Part shown: in pieces, positions 7,744 to 17,043 of the stretch
How the letters are laid out: each line of letters opens with the position of its first letter
Numbering within the stretch: the stretch's first letter is position 1
NCBI GenBank assembly: GCA_963788435.1
Contig: CAWBIG010000032.1
Coordinates: 1,864-65,863 of the forward strand
Source: an uncultured Acidobacteriota bacterium
GTDB taxonomy: Bacteria > Acidobacteriota > Terriglobia > Terriglobales > Acidobacteriaceae
Length of the DNA stretch: 64,000 bases
Direction: 5' to 3'
Position numbers and translations under genes: made by a program
Notes under the pieces: model-generated
Seen by the model: only the letters and a program-made list of their open reading frames with translations
What the model was told of the DNA's origin: nothing
The model's database searches: none

Positions 7744-10731
7744 CTAGAACGTCGTCGACACGGTCAACCGGAAGGTCTTGCGCGGCTCGCGGAAGATGTT
7801 CTGCGAGCCGTACGACTCGATGGCTTCACCGTAGCTGAAATCCCCCGCTCCGCCCGGCGGGAACATGGCGCGCGTGATCAACTCTGCCGAGCAGCTCAGT
7901 TGCTTCTGGCCCAGGCTCACTTCGTTGCAAAACGGCGTTTCATACAACCGCAGCGGGTTATAAGCGTAATAGAGACGGAAGGGAGCATTGATGACCGGCA
8001 TGATCACCGAAAGCTCGGTCCCCAGCGACATGCGGGGAACGAAATTGGTGCCGCTTACCGGCCGAATATCCTTCTTGAACCCGACTTGGGAGCCGGGTAT
8101 TCCGCCCTGGCAGGATCCGTTGTTGTAGACCGGGCAGCCATAGAGAGGCTGCGTCAAAGACGCGAAGCCCTGCGGACTTTGCGTCAACTGGCCGTGACTC
8201 AGTGCGGTATCGATGCCGAAGTCGTCGAAGAACGAGAACATGAAAGGCCCGACCACCGGGATGCGGTACTCCACGTTGGTCGTCAGATTCGTATCGCCGC
8301 CGATGGAGGCAATGCCGTAGACCGGAAGCGGCACTTCGATGCACTGGTTGTCCTGGGGGTTGGTCGGGTCGCGAGGGACGCAACTCCCGTCAGGATTGGT
8401 GAGCTGGAAGTTGACCCGCGAGGGCACATAACCGTAGGGCGTCGCCCCGCGCACGTCAAAGCCGCGCAACTCCTGCTCGCCGCCGGAGTAGAAACGGTTG
8501 TTCGGCGGAGCCACATCGCCGCCAAATCCAGAGATGTACCCTAGCTGCGCGCGCAGACCCAGCACGTTGCGCCCTTCTTTCGAAAACTTGAGGTAATGCA
8601 TGGGGATGAATTGCTTGTACGCCACCACCGGGTTGACATAGCGCACGCTGCCCCAAATGCCTGAAGTCTGCACAAACGCCGTGTATTGCTTGCCGTCGCG
8701 CGGGCGCAGTGGATTGCTGACCGTGTCGTAAGTGTAGGTGAGCGAGAGATTGCTGTTGATGATACCCGCCAGCGGGTTCGATCCCTGCACTCCGGAACGG
8801 AATGAGATGGTCTGGAAAAATGTTGCCGACGCCGAACTGAAGGCCGTAATCGTGGACTTGGTGAGCGAGTAGGTCATGCCGACGCGCTGGAACGCATGTC
8901 TCTTGAGCGGGTAGCTGACGGAGAAATTCAGGCCGTCGGAGCCCACGTTGTAATTCTGAGTCAGCGACTTCTCCGCATTCGACAGGTTCAGCGATGCACC
9001 GGTCGTGGCCTGGTAATTCTTGGCTGCGTTGTAGTCCTGCTTGTTGTTGAATACCTGGAATCCAATGTTGATCGGCCGGTTGCGGAAATAAGGCTGCGTG
9101 AAGCCAAAAAGGAAGGTACGGCTGATGCTGCCCAGATTCGCCTGAAGGCTGAGAGTCTCGCCCAATCCAAGGAAATTGTTGGTGGAGTAGTTCAGCCCCA
9201 GGAAGGCGCCGGAGTACCCGCTGACGCCGCCGTTGAGGCCGATGGAATTCTTGCCCTTCTCTTTCACCTTCAACAGCAGCTCGACTGTGCCGTTATCGGG
9301 ATCCTGGTGAGCCTCGGAGTCCTGATCCACCTTCAGCGGCTCGAAGTATTCCAGCTGGTTCAGGCGCAGCAGGCTGTACTCCCACAGCTGCGAGTTGTAA
9401 ACCGAACCTTCGTCCAGCATCAGCTCGCGGCGGATGACCTTGTCGCGCGTAATGGTGTTGCCCGTGAACTCGATGCGCGAGACAAAGAACTGTTTGCCTT
9501 CGTCGATGTCGATGTTCATCGAAACGGTCTTCTTCTGGTCGTCGTAGGTGATCTTTGGGATGGCGCCGAAATTGATGTAGCCCAGGCCCCCATACGCCTT
9601 CTTCAGGTTGTCCAGGCCCTTGCTGACCTCGGTTGCGCTGAACCATTCGCCGTCCTTGATAGGGAAGGTGGCGCGCAGGGCCTTCAGGTTGTTGATCTGC
9701 TTGTTCCCGGTGAACGTGATGGCGCCCAGACGGTAGCGTTCCCCCTCTTCAATTGTCATGGAGATGTCGATGCGCTTGCCGTTGTTCGGCCTGAATGTGA
9801 ACCAGTTAAGGCCGCCCTCATCGCGAATCTGGGTCTTCGGCTGCTCCACTGCGGCGTTCGCATAGCCCTTGTCGCGGTAGGCCTGCCGCACCCGCTCTGT
9901 ATCCTCCTCGAGCTTCGAGGAATCGTAGGTCTGGGGGAAGATATCCTCAAAAACAATTGAATACGGAATTCCGATCGGCTTCAGATTCTTCATCGCGCGC
10001 CGCAGGTAAAGCGCCTTCAGATGTTGATCGCCCACGAAGGTGATCTTGCCCACCTTCACTACCGGGCCTTCCTTGATGTTGAATGTCACTTGCACCGAGG
10101 CCGGGGGAACGGTCTTGACGTCGGTCTTCACGGTCGCGAACTGGTGGCCGTGCGTGGCAAGCAATTCCTTGATCACGTTCTCTGCGTGCTTGATCCGGGT
10201 GGGGTCGTACTGGCTCTCCACCGAAAGGCCGACCTTCTCCTTTTTGAAAGCGTCCAGGATGTCGGAGTTAGTTACCGAGTTATTGCCTTTGTAAACAATG
10301 TCGCGGATCGTCGGCTTCTCACGGACAAAAACGTCGAGGATTACGCCGTGCTCTGAGTCTTCCCGCTCTAACCGCAGGTCCTCAAAGTAGCCGGTGTTCC
10401 AAAGCGAGTTGAAGTCGCGCTCGATCGAGATGGGATCGTATGTGTCCCCCGGATGGGTAAACATGCGAGCGAGAATGGTTTCCTTGGGAATGCGCCGGTT
10501 TCCGATGACGCGGATTTGATCGATGGTATCGGATGTCTGCGCCAACGCTGCTCCCGCGCTCGTCACCAGCACCAGCAGCAGAAGGGCGCGGGCCGGCCCG
10601 CGCAACAGGCGCCTCACAGTCAATCCGGCGCCGGAGATGGAAGTGTGCCTGATCTTCACCGGGTGTGAGCCCTGCGGCGAGCACAAAGTCTCTTTCGTAC
10701 CAAAGTTCGGCTTCACAGGAAGAATTTGCAC
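7744..10731 (-). CDS. bamA: Outer membrane protein assembly factor BamA (POTRA repeats plus Omp85 barrel)
   Basis: 995-aa ORF with a signal-like LLLLVLVTSAGAALAQ, POTRA-type repeats (IDQIRVIGNRRIPKETILARM..., ITFVGDQHLKALYLRRAM..., IEFTGNTITRDKVIRREL) and a C-terminal barrel ending ...FRLTVSTTF. The true start is probably an internal GTG near 10659. Confidence 0.93.
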   Translation of the reverse strand: MQILPVKPNFGTKETLCSPQGSHPVKIRHTSISGAGLTVRRLLRGPARALLLLVLVTSAGAALAQTSDTIDQIRVIGNRRIPKETILARMFTHPGDTYDPISIERDFNSLWNTGYFEDLRLEREDSEHGVILDVFVREKPTIRDIVYKGNNSVTNSDILDAFKKEKVGLSVESQYDPTRIKHAENVIKELLATHGHQFATVKTDVKTVPPASVQVTFNIKEGPVVKVGKITFVGDQHLKALYLRRAMKNLKPIGIPYSIVFEDIFPQTYDSSKLEEDTERVRQAYRDKGYANAAVEQPKTQIRDEGGLNWFTFRPNNGKRIDISMTIEEGERYRLGAITFTGNKQINNLKALRATFPIKDGEWFSATEVSKGLDNLKKAYGGLGYINFGAIPKITYDDQKKTVSMNIDIDEGKQFFVSRIEFTGNTITRDKVIRRELMLDEGSVYNSQLWEYSLLRLNQLEYFEPLKVDQDSEAHQDPDNGTVELLLKVKEKGKNSIGLNGGVSGYSGAFLGLNYSTNNFLGLGETLSLQANLGSISRTFLFGFTQPYFRNRPINIGFQVFNNKQDYNAAKNYQATTGASLNLSNAEKSLTQNYNVGSDGLNFSVSYPLKRHAFQRVGMTYSLTKSTITAFSSASATFFQTISFRSGVQGSNPLAGIINSNLSLTYTYDTVSNPLRPRDGKQYTAFVQTSGIWGSVRYVNPVVAYKQFIPMHYLKFSKEGRNVLGLRAQLGYISGFGGDVAPPNNRFYSGGEQELRGFDVRGATPYGYVPSRVNFQLTNPDGSCVPRDPTNPQDNQCIEVPLPVYGIASIGGDTNLTTNVEYRIPVVGPFMFSFFDDFGIDTALSHGQLTQSPQGFASLTQPLYGCPVYNNGSCQGGIPGSQVGFKKDIRPVSGTNFVPRMSLGTELSVIMPVINAPFRLYYAYNPLRLYETPFCNEVSLGQKQLSCSAELITRAMFPPGGAGDFSYGEAIESYGSQNIFREPRKTFRLTVSTTF

Positions 10732-11273
10732 ACCCTCATTCGCTGAAAATCCGGCTTTCCTCGGAGTCTATGATCGTTCCTTAAGGAAAGATCGATTCTA
10801 CAGGACCACGCCCATCCTCCCCAAACTCCGGGGCCCCTTGCGACAGGTCTTCGTCGTTGGAGTGGAAATTGTCCGGAGCCTCCTGCGATAGGAATCCGTC
10901 TCACAGTTTATCGGAGGCCGTCGGTATGCTCCTTAGACGCGCAACCGCGGTTCTGGACATCTTCCGCCAGATGACCGCTTCCAATAGCCGAATCTTTTCC
11001 ACCCAGCGGGCGTCCTATGACTGTGGACGCCAATTCGAAGCATCTGCTTCCGCCCTTCGTTCTCATCGTCGTGGTCGATCAGCTAGCATAGTATGTTCAT
11101 TGAAACGTCTGGCCGGACTTACACTTCGGTGCCATCCGGCCGGTATCCGAGGAGCCGGCGCGCGCCGGAACATAGCTCAAGACCGGCCCCGGTTTTTGGG
11201 CTGCGGTTGATGGCGGGCCAATGGGTGGCCTGAATACCATCAAAACGCGGGCCGAGGAGCGATTACCAGCCTT

Positions 11274-11849
11274 ATGATGTGGATTGTCCGGCTTGCGCTG
11301 CGGCGGCCTTATACCTTTGTCGTCTTTGCGCTATTGATTTTGATCCTTGGCGTCTACAGCATCGAGACGATGCCGACGGACATCTTTCCCAGCATCGATA
11401 TTCCGGTGGTCACGGTTGTCTGGCAGTATGCCGGTTTGTCGGCGGATCAGATCGCCAACCGGATCGTGACCAATGCCGAGCGCGGAATGACCACCACGGT
11501 CAACGATATCGACCACATCGAGTCGCAGTCGCTGGTCGGCGTCGGAATCATCAAGATCTTCTTCCACCCCAATGTGAATATCGGCCAGGCTGTGGCGCAG
11601 GTGGGCGCCATCAGCCAGGTTCAGTTGCGCTCGCTCCCACCGGGGACCACCCCGCCCTTCGTCATCCAATACAACGCCTCAAGCGTGCCGGTCCTGCAAC
11701 TCGGGCTCTCCGGGCCCGGCTTGACTGAAGCGCAGTTGAACGACCTGGCCACGCAGACCATCCGCATTCAACTGGCCACAGTGGAAGGCGCCCAAACGCC
11801 GTTTCCTTTTGGGGGCAAGCAGCGCCAGATCGAGGTCGGACGCCCGTAA
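11274..11849 (+). pseudogene. RND efflux permease (AcrB/HAE family), N-terminal fragment only (about 188 of more than 1000 aa)
   Basis: MMWIVRLALRRPYTFVVFALLILILGVYSIETMPTDIFPSIDIPVVTVVWQYAGLS...NASSVPVLQLGLSG...PFGGKQRQIEV, then GRP-stop. There is no periplasmic adaptor gene upstream and no remainder of the pump downstream. Confidence 0.8.
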
Positions 11850-13866
11850 ATCCGACCCAGGGGACCTTCGCCGCGCATTGGATAACGGGGAGTTCTTCCC
11901 GTATTTCCAACCACTTGTGGTTCTCGCAACGGGTGAGCTTCACGGTTTTGAGGTGCTCGCACGTTGGGACCACCCGAATCTCGGCATGATCTCCCCAGAG
12001 GTTTTCATCCCGCAGGCCGAGAGTAATGGCCTGATCGGTGAGGTCAGCAGCCAAATCCTGCAGAAGGCATTTGAGGCGTTCGCGCTCCATGGAAAGGGCC
12101 TCCGGCTGGCGTTCAATGTCTCGCCGCTGCAACTGAAAGATCTGACTTTGCCGAGGCATATCCGGCGGATCGCCGACGACGCTGGGTTTCCCCTCGAATG
12201 GGCCACGATTGAAATCACCGAGAGCGCGATGGCAGAGGACATGACTGCGGCCCGCAGCATATCCGGGGATTTCAAGGCGATGGGATGCCGCATCGCGCTG
12301 GACGACTTCGGAACCGGATACTCCAGTCTCTATCATTTGAAGTCTCTTCCCTTCGACGAATTGAAAGTCGACCGGACGTTCGTGAGCTCAATGACGGCCG
12401 AACGCGAGAGCCGAAAGATCGTGGCCGCCGTTGTGGGGCTGGGACAAAGTCTTGGGCTGAAAACGATTGCCGAGGGCGTGGAGACCCGGGAACAGGCCGA
12501 CCTGCTCCTGCGCCTTGGTTGCGACATGGGCCAGGGTTGGCACTACGGACGGCCGGCGCCGGCTGAGCGGCTTTCGTCCGTCATCCAATTGCGACCGCCG
12601 CACGCGGTTTCGCGCAATGGTCATGAAGGCGTGGCGCACTCAGTCAGTTGCAGAGAGGGGCTTCCGTCACAACGTCTGGCTCAACTCCAGGCAGTTTACG
12701 ACGGCGCGCCCGTGGGGTTGGGTTTTATCGATCGAAATCTCAAATACATTAACATCAACCGCCGGTTGGCCGAAATGCATGGTCTCTCGATCGAGGACCA
12801 CTATGGAAAGACATTGGCCGAGGTTATCCCGGAGATATATCCGTTTATCGAGGCCCATGTAAATGAGGCCCTGAATGGAAAGGGGACTTGCGACGTGGAG
12901 ATTCGTGAGCCGGCTTCTCACGGGCAACGCCGGAGAACCTTCCTGGTGTCCTATCAGCCGGCATTCGACGAGGCCGGAGAAGTGGTTGGCGTATCTTGCG
13001 CGGTGACGGATTTTACGGCTCGAAAATCTGCCGAAGACAGGCTCCGGCAATACGAGCGCCTCGTCGAGGGTCTTGATGAAATGGTCGCCGTGGTGGACCG
13101 GAATTACCAGTATGTACTCACAAATCGCGCCTTCCTTGACGTGTTTGGCGGGCCCAATGCGAAGCTCGAGGGACGGTCGATCCTGGAATTCAGAGACAGG
13201 GATGTGATCGAGAGAATTGTTTTACCGAACCTCGACAAGTGCTTCCGCGGGAATCCTGTCCTTTTTGGCATGGAATATGATCTACCCGGGATGGGGACGC
13301 GCGACTTAAGTGTTTCCTATTCGCCGATTGAAGTCTCCGGCAAGGTGGAAGCGGTTGCCTGTGTGGTCCGGGATATCACAGATATGAAGCGAATCGAATT
13401 CGTCGAGACCGATTGGCAGAAGCGGATCGAATTGGCGGAGTGCGCCGGTTTGCGCATCGGGCTGTGGGATTGGGATACTCGAACGAATACCGTTGTCTGG
13501 TCCGATGAGTCCTACCGCCAATGGGGATTCACGCGCGATACCTTTTCGAGCAACGTCGCGGATGCTTTCCCCAGAATCCACCCCGCGGACCGCGCGTTTG
13601 TGGAATCGGCAATTCGCAAAGTCATTACTCGCGAATCGGACGAATACGCGGCTCAATATCGCGTTCTGAGACCGGATGGTTCAATCTGCTGGATTGATGC
13701 ACGCGGTGTGATTATAGGCGATACTTCGCAGCGCATGATCGGTATTGGTATCGATATCACCGACCACATGAATGCTCAGGATCCGACGAGCCACTCTGCA
13801 GCAGACCTCTGCTGCTACCGGGAACAATCTGAACCCCCTTCGAGCCCCTTCTATTGTGAGCGCTAA
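11809..13866 (+). CDS. EAL-domain (c-di-GMP phosphodiesterase-type) protein followed by three PAS domains; 5' end probably truncated
   Basis: EAL motifs FFPYFQP, EVLARW, EITES, DDFGTGYSSL and KVDRTF, then three PAS-like blocks (..VGLGFIDRNLKYININ.., ..MVAVVDRNYQYVLTN.., ..IGLWDWDTRTNTVVWSD..). The only upstream in-frame start is a TTG inside the RND fragment. Confidence 0.75.
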   Translation: MGASSARSRSDARKSDPGDLRRALDNGEFFPYFQPLVVLATGELHGFEVLARWDHPNLGMISPEVFIPQAESNGLIGEVSSQILQKAFEAFALHGKGLRLAFNVSPLQLKDLTLPRHIRRIADDAGFPLEWATIEITESAMAEDMTAARSISGDFKAMGCRIALDDFGTGYSSLYHLKSLPFDELKVDRTFVSSMTAERESRKIVAAVVGLGQSLGLKTIAEGVETREQADLLLRLGCDMGQGWHYGRPAPAERLSSVIQLRPPHAVSRNGHEGVAHSVSCREGLPSQRLAQLQAVYDGAPVGLGFIDRNLKYININRRLAEMHGLSIEDHYGKTLAEVIPEIYPFIEAHVNEALNGKGTCDVEIREPASHGQRRRTFLVSYQPAFDEAGEVVGVSCAVTDFTARKSAEDRLRQYERLVEGLDEMVAVVDRNYQYVLTNRAFLDVFGGPNAKLEGRSILEFRDRDVIERIVLPNLDKCFRGNPVLFGMEYDLPGMGTRDLSVSYSPIEVSGKVEAVACVVRDITDMKRIEFVETDWQKRIELAECAGLRIGLWDWDTRTNTVVWSDESYRQWGFTRDTFSSNVADAFPRIHPADRAFVESAIRKVITRESDEYAAQYRVLRPDGSICWIDARGVIIGDTSQRMIGIGIDITDHMNAQDPTSHSAADLCCYREQSEPPSSPFYCER

Positions 13867-13918
13867 CCGTGCAACGATTGATTGCCGTCTGCAACTTCGA
13901 TTGATGCGAACGGGCCAA

Positions 13919-14067
13919 CGTTGTGGTTTGAAAGGCGTGAAGGGGAGCGGGGCCACCTGCCTGCCCGAGTGAATGCGGGATTCCACCTCCCCGGTCCCCA
14001 CAAGCGAGGGACCGGGGGCACCGTCGTTTGTGGTTTGGAAAGCGTGAAGGGGACGGGGCCACCTGCC
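13919..14067. repeat. Two direct copies of an about 43-nt element flanking a perfect 10-bp hairpin
   Basis: CGTTGTGGTTTGAAAGGCGTGAAGGGGAGCGGGGCCACCTGCC (13919-13971 region) and CGTTTGTGGTTTGGAAAGCGTGAAGGGGACGGGGCCACCTGCC (14025-14067). The hairpin is CCCCGGTCCC-N9-GGGACCGGGG at 13989-14017. Confidence 0.85.
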
Positions 14068-14075
14068 AGATGGCT

Positions 14076-15413
14076 TCAGTCTCCGGCGGGGACTAGTTTG
14101 CGCTGGAGGGCTTCTAAGGTCTGGCCCTTGGTTTCGGGATAGAAGAACAACACCACCACAAACTGCACGGCGGTCATTACGGCGAAGAAGATGAAGGGCG
14201 CGCTGCGGCCGATGGAAGCGACGAGGACGGGGAATGCGAGGGCGATGATGGCGTTCATGGTCCAGTGGCTGCAATTGCCCGCGCCCTGGCCCTTGGCGCG
14301 AACGGAGTTGGGGAAGACTTCTCCGATGTAGACCCAGATGACCGCGCCCTGAGAAAGGGCGAAGAAGGCGATGTACGTAATGAGGATCCAGACCAGCGCG
14401 CCGGGATGGGAGTGAGTGGCGAAGAGCCAGGCCACGGCGCTGAGGCACGACGCGGTTCCGGCAGCGCCGATGAGAAGGAGGGTCTTGCGGCCGAGGCGGT
14501 CAATAACGCTCATGCCGACGATGGTAAAGATGAGGTTGGTGAAGCCGATGGAGATGGCCTGCTGATCGCCGGAGAGCTGGCTGAAGCCGGCGGCCTGGAA
14601 AATGTCGTTGAGGTAATAAAGGATGGCGTTGATGCCGGCGAGCTGGTTGAAAGCGCCGATGGAGATGGCGAGGAAGAGGGGGTAGCGGTATTTCCAACGG
14701 AAGACGGGAACATGGGCGGAGGCGTGCTCCTGGGCGAGGGCGGCGCGGATGTCGGCGAGCTCGGCTTCGGGGTCGGGATCGCCCATCATTTTGAGCACGG
14801 CGAGGGCTTCGCTGTTGCGATTGTTGGCGGCGGACCATCGCGGGCTGCGGGGAATGCCGAAGAGGAGCGCGAGGAAGCCCAATGCGGGAATGGCGGCAAC
14901 GCCGACCTGCCAGCGCCACTCGGCTGCGCCGAGATTCAGGGTGCGGATGAAGTAGTTGGAGGTGTAGGCGACGAGGATGCCGAAGACCACGTTGAACTGG
15001 AATGCGCCGACGAGGCGGCCGCGCCACTTGGCGGGCGAGAGCTCGGCGATGTAGACGGGTCCGAGGACGGAGGACGCGCCGATGCCGAGTCCGCCGATGA
15101 AGCGGAAGACCATGAGCGAGGGCCAGCTCCAGGCCAGCGCGCTGCCGATGGCGGAGAGCACGTAAAGAATGGCGGTGAGGCGGAGGGTTTCGCGGCTGCC
15201 GAGGCGTTGGCCCACCTGGCCGGCAGCGAGCGATCCTATGATGGTGCCGATCAGCGCGATGGCGACGGTCCAGCCCTTGCCCTGCGGGCTGAGGTGATAG
15301 AGGCGCACCAGCGCGTCGATGGCGCCGGAGATGACCACGGTGTCAAAGCCGAAGAGCAGGCCGCCGAGCGCACCGGTGAGGGTGGCCTTCATCAGGTTCA
15401 GGTTGGGTCGCAT
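14076..15413 (-). CDS. MFS sugar porter family transporter
   Basis: GALGGLLFGFDTVVISGA near the N-terminus, GRLGSR, PRSPRW and PETKGQTLE signatures, 12 predicted TMs. ATG at 15411-15413 (MRPNLNLMKATL). Confidence 0.9.
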   Translation of the reverse strand: MRPNLNLMKATLTGALGGLLFGFDTVVISGAIDALVRLYHLSPQGKGWTVAIALIGTIIGSLAAGQVGQRLGSRETLRLTAILYVLSAIGSALAWSWPSLMVFRFIGGLGIGASSVLGPVYIAELSPAKWRGRLVGAFQFNVVFGILVAYTSNYFIRTLNLGAAEWRWQVGVAAIPALGFLALLFGIPRSPRWSAANNRNSEALAVLKMMGDPDPEAELADIRAALAQEHASAHVPVFRWKYRYPLFLAISIGAFNQLAGINAILYYLNDIFQAAGFSQLSGDQQAISIGFTNLIFTIVGMSVIDRLGRKTLLLIGAAGTASCLSAVAWLFATHSHPGALVWILITYIAFFALSQGAVIWVYIGEVFPNSVRAKGQGAGNCSHWTMNAIIALAFPVLVASIGRSAPFIFFAVMTAVQFVVVLFFYPETKGQTLEALQRKLVPAGD

Positions 15414-15444
15414 GAGCGGTCCTTTGATGGAACCAACAATGCTA

Positions 15445-15470
15445 CAGGGACAGGGGGACAAGGGGACAGC
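15445..15470. repeat. GGGACA word repeat in a divergent promoter region
   Basis: CAGGGACAGGGGGACAAGGGGACAGC. Confidence 0.7.
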
Positions 15471-15571
15471 AGAATGGCGGCTGCAACGCCGGCTGCGCTT
15501 GAACCATCTAAAATAGATTCAGTTCAGGCCCCGGTTTCCCATCCCCAAACGACACGAGGACGAGGCAATTT

Positions 15572-16768
15572 ATGAGCAAGTTTCTGAAGGCAAATCTCCT
15601 GGCGCAATTCTGTCTTTTTATCCTGTTGGCTGCATCGTTTCCGGCGGCGCGCGCGGGCGCGCAGAACACGACGGCAGCGCCCGACGTGCTGGTATTGAGC
15701 AACGGCGACACCCTGCACGGCAACCTGGTGAAGGAAGTTGGAGGAACGGTCACGTTCCACAGCGATGCCCTGGGCGACGTGAACGTGCCCTGGGAAAAAA
15801 TAAAAGAGTTGCACGCAGCGGGCAGCTACGGAGTGCTCGCGAAGGGCGTGAAACTGCACGGGCGCAAGAACGAAGGACCTCTTCCGATCGGGACGCTGGA
15901 TGTGGAAAACCAGTCGGTGACGGTGCATACGGCCAACGCCGCGACGCCGGCGCCGATACCGGCAAAAGACGCGGAGGTCATCATTGACCAGAAGACGCTG
16001 GATACGCAGATGCATCACGAGCCTGGATTTTTTACGGGCTGGAACGGCGCGGCGACGGCCGGAGCGACGCTGGTAACGGCGACGCAGAATCAATACACAG
16101 TTTCCGGAGCGCTGAGCCTGGTGCGGGCGGTGCCCTCGGTGACGTGGCTGAATCCGCGCAACCGGACCTCGACGGACTTCACCGGATCGTTCGGGAAGAT
16201 CACGCAGCCGTCCTACACGGTGGGCACTGTGTTCACCCCCGCCACCTCCACAAAGACGGCGATCTACCACATTGACGGGGAGCGCGACGAGTATCTGTCG
16301 GCGAAGATCTTCGGGTTGGGACAGACTTCGTTTGACCACAACTACGCGCAGAACCTGCAATTGCAGCAGATTTACGGCGGCGGCATTGGCTGGACCTTGT
16401 TCAACACTCCGCGGGACGAAGCCGACTTGAAGGCCACCATCCAATACGAGAAACAGGCCTTCATCAGCGCAGTTCCGGGATCGAACCTGAACCTGGTCGG
16501 CTCCACGTTTTCAGCGGACTACACCTGGCACGCCAAGCTGCTCAACTACACCCAGAACATTGCCTTTATTCCTGCCTACAACGTTTCCCGCGCGTACTCG
16601 GCCACGGAGACCGATACGTTGGCGTTTCCCGCCTACAAGAACTTTGCGTTTTCAGTGGGCACCATGGACTCCTATCTGAACGATCCGCCTGCTTCCGTGC
16701 CCCCGACCAAACTCAATTCGTTCCAGTTCACCATGGGGCTGACCTACGCGATCAAGTCGAAGTACTAA
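15572..16768 (+). CDS. DUF481-like outer membrane beta-barrel protein
   Basis: Signal peptide, N-terminal GDxLxG bait-like repeats (LSNGDTLHGNLVKEVGGTVTFHSDALGDVNVPWEKIKEL), alternating beta-strand pattern, and an aromatic C-terminus (..GLTYAIKSKY). Confidence 0.7.
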   Translation: MSKFLKANLLAQFCLFILLAASFPAARAGAQNTTAAPDVLVLSNGDTLHGNLVKEVGGTVTFHSDALGDVNVPWEKIKELHAAGSYGVLAKGVKLHGRKNEGPLPIGTLDVENQSVTVHTANAATPAPIPAKDAEVIIDQKTLDTQMHHEPGFFTGWNGAATAGATLVTATQNQYTVSGALSLVRAVPSVTWLNPRNRTSTDFTGSFGKITQPSYTVGTVFTPATSTKTAIYHIDGERDEYLSAKIFGLGQTSFDHNYAQNLQLQQIYGGGIGWTLFNTPRDEADLKATIQYEKQAFISAVPGSNLNLVGSTFSADYTWHAKLLNYTQNIAFIPAYNVSRAYSATETDTLAFPAYKNFAFSVGTMDSYLNDPPASVPPTKLNSFQFTMGLTYAIKSKY

Positions 16769-16835
16769 GAGGCAGGGAACAGGGATCAGAAGAGCAGGGG
16801 CCGAGGGAACGAGCGTGCAGGAGAGCGAGGGGCCA
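16769..16835 (+). repeat. GGGAAC/AGGG purine-rich word repeat immediately 3' of the stop codon
   Basis: GAGGCAGGGAACAGGGATCAGAAGAGCAGGGGCCGAGGGAACGAGCGTGCAGGAGAGCGAGGGG, with four or more GGG runs. Confidence 0.7.
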
Positions 16836-17043
16836 ATGAAGTTTGGCGCCCTTGCTTCGCTCGGGACGAGAGGACGAGTCAAAGAACGAATAGGCACAGG
16901 CTGCGGATTCTCGCGGTGACCGATGTCACAGGTTTGCAGCCCTCGCAGATCGGATAATCCTCCTAAAATCGATGGACTTTGTGCTGGCGGAAGTGGTAAT
17001 CGTCCGGCATCTGTGATTTCCCTACTCGACCTTGGAGGAACGC

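Noticed and set aside
8896-9960. 354-aa ORF antisense to bamA
   Set aside because: Shadow ORF inside a clearly conserved BamA coding region. No RBS and a low-complexity translation.
10857-11210. 117-aa ORF in the bamA / RND-fragment gap
   Set aside because: No RBS, a Ser/Arg/Ala-rich translation, and no motif. The 540-bp region is better described as non-coding, possibly decayed sequence.
14265-15575. 436-aa Gly/Asp/Glu/Ala-rich ORF opposite the MFS sugar porter
   Set aside because: Its composition is the mirror of a hydrophobic membrane protein read backwards. The minus-strand sugar-porter signatures decide the strand.
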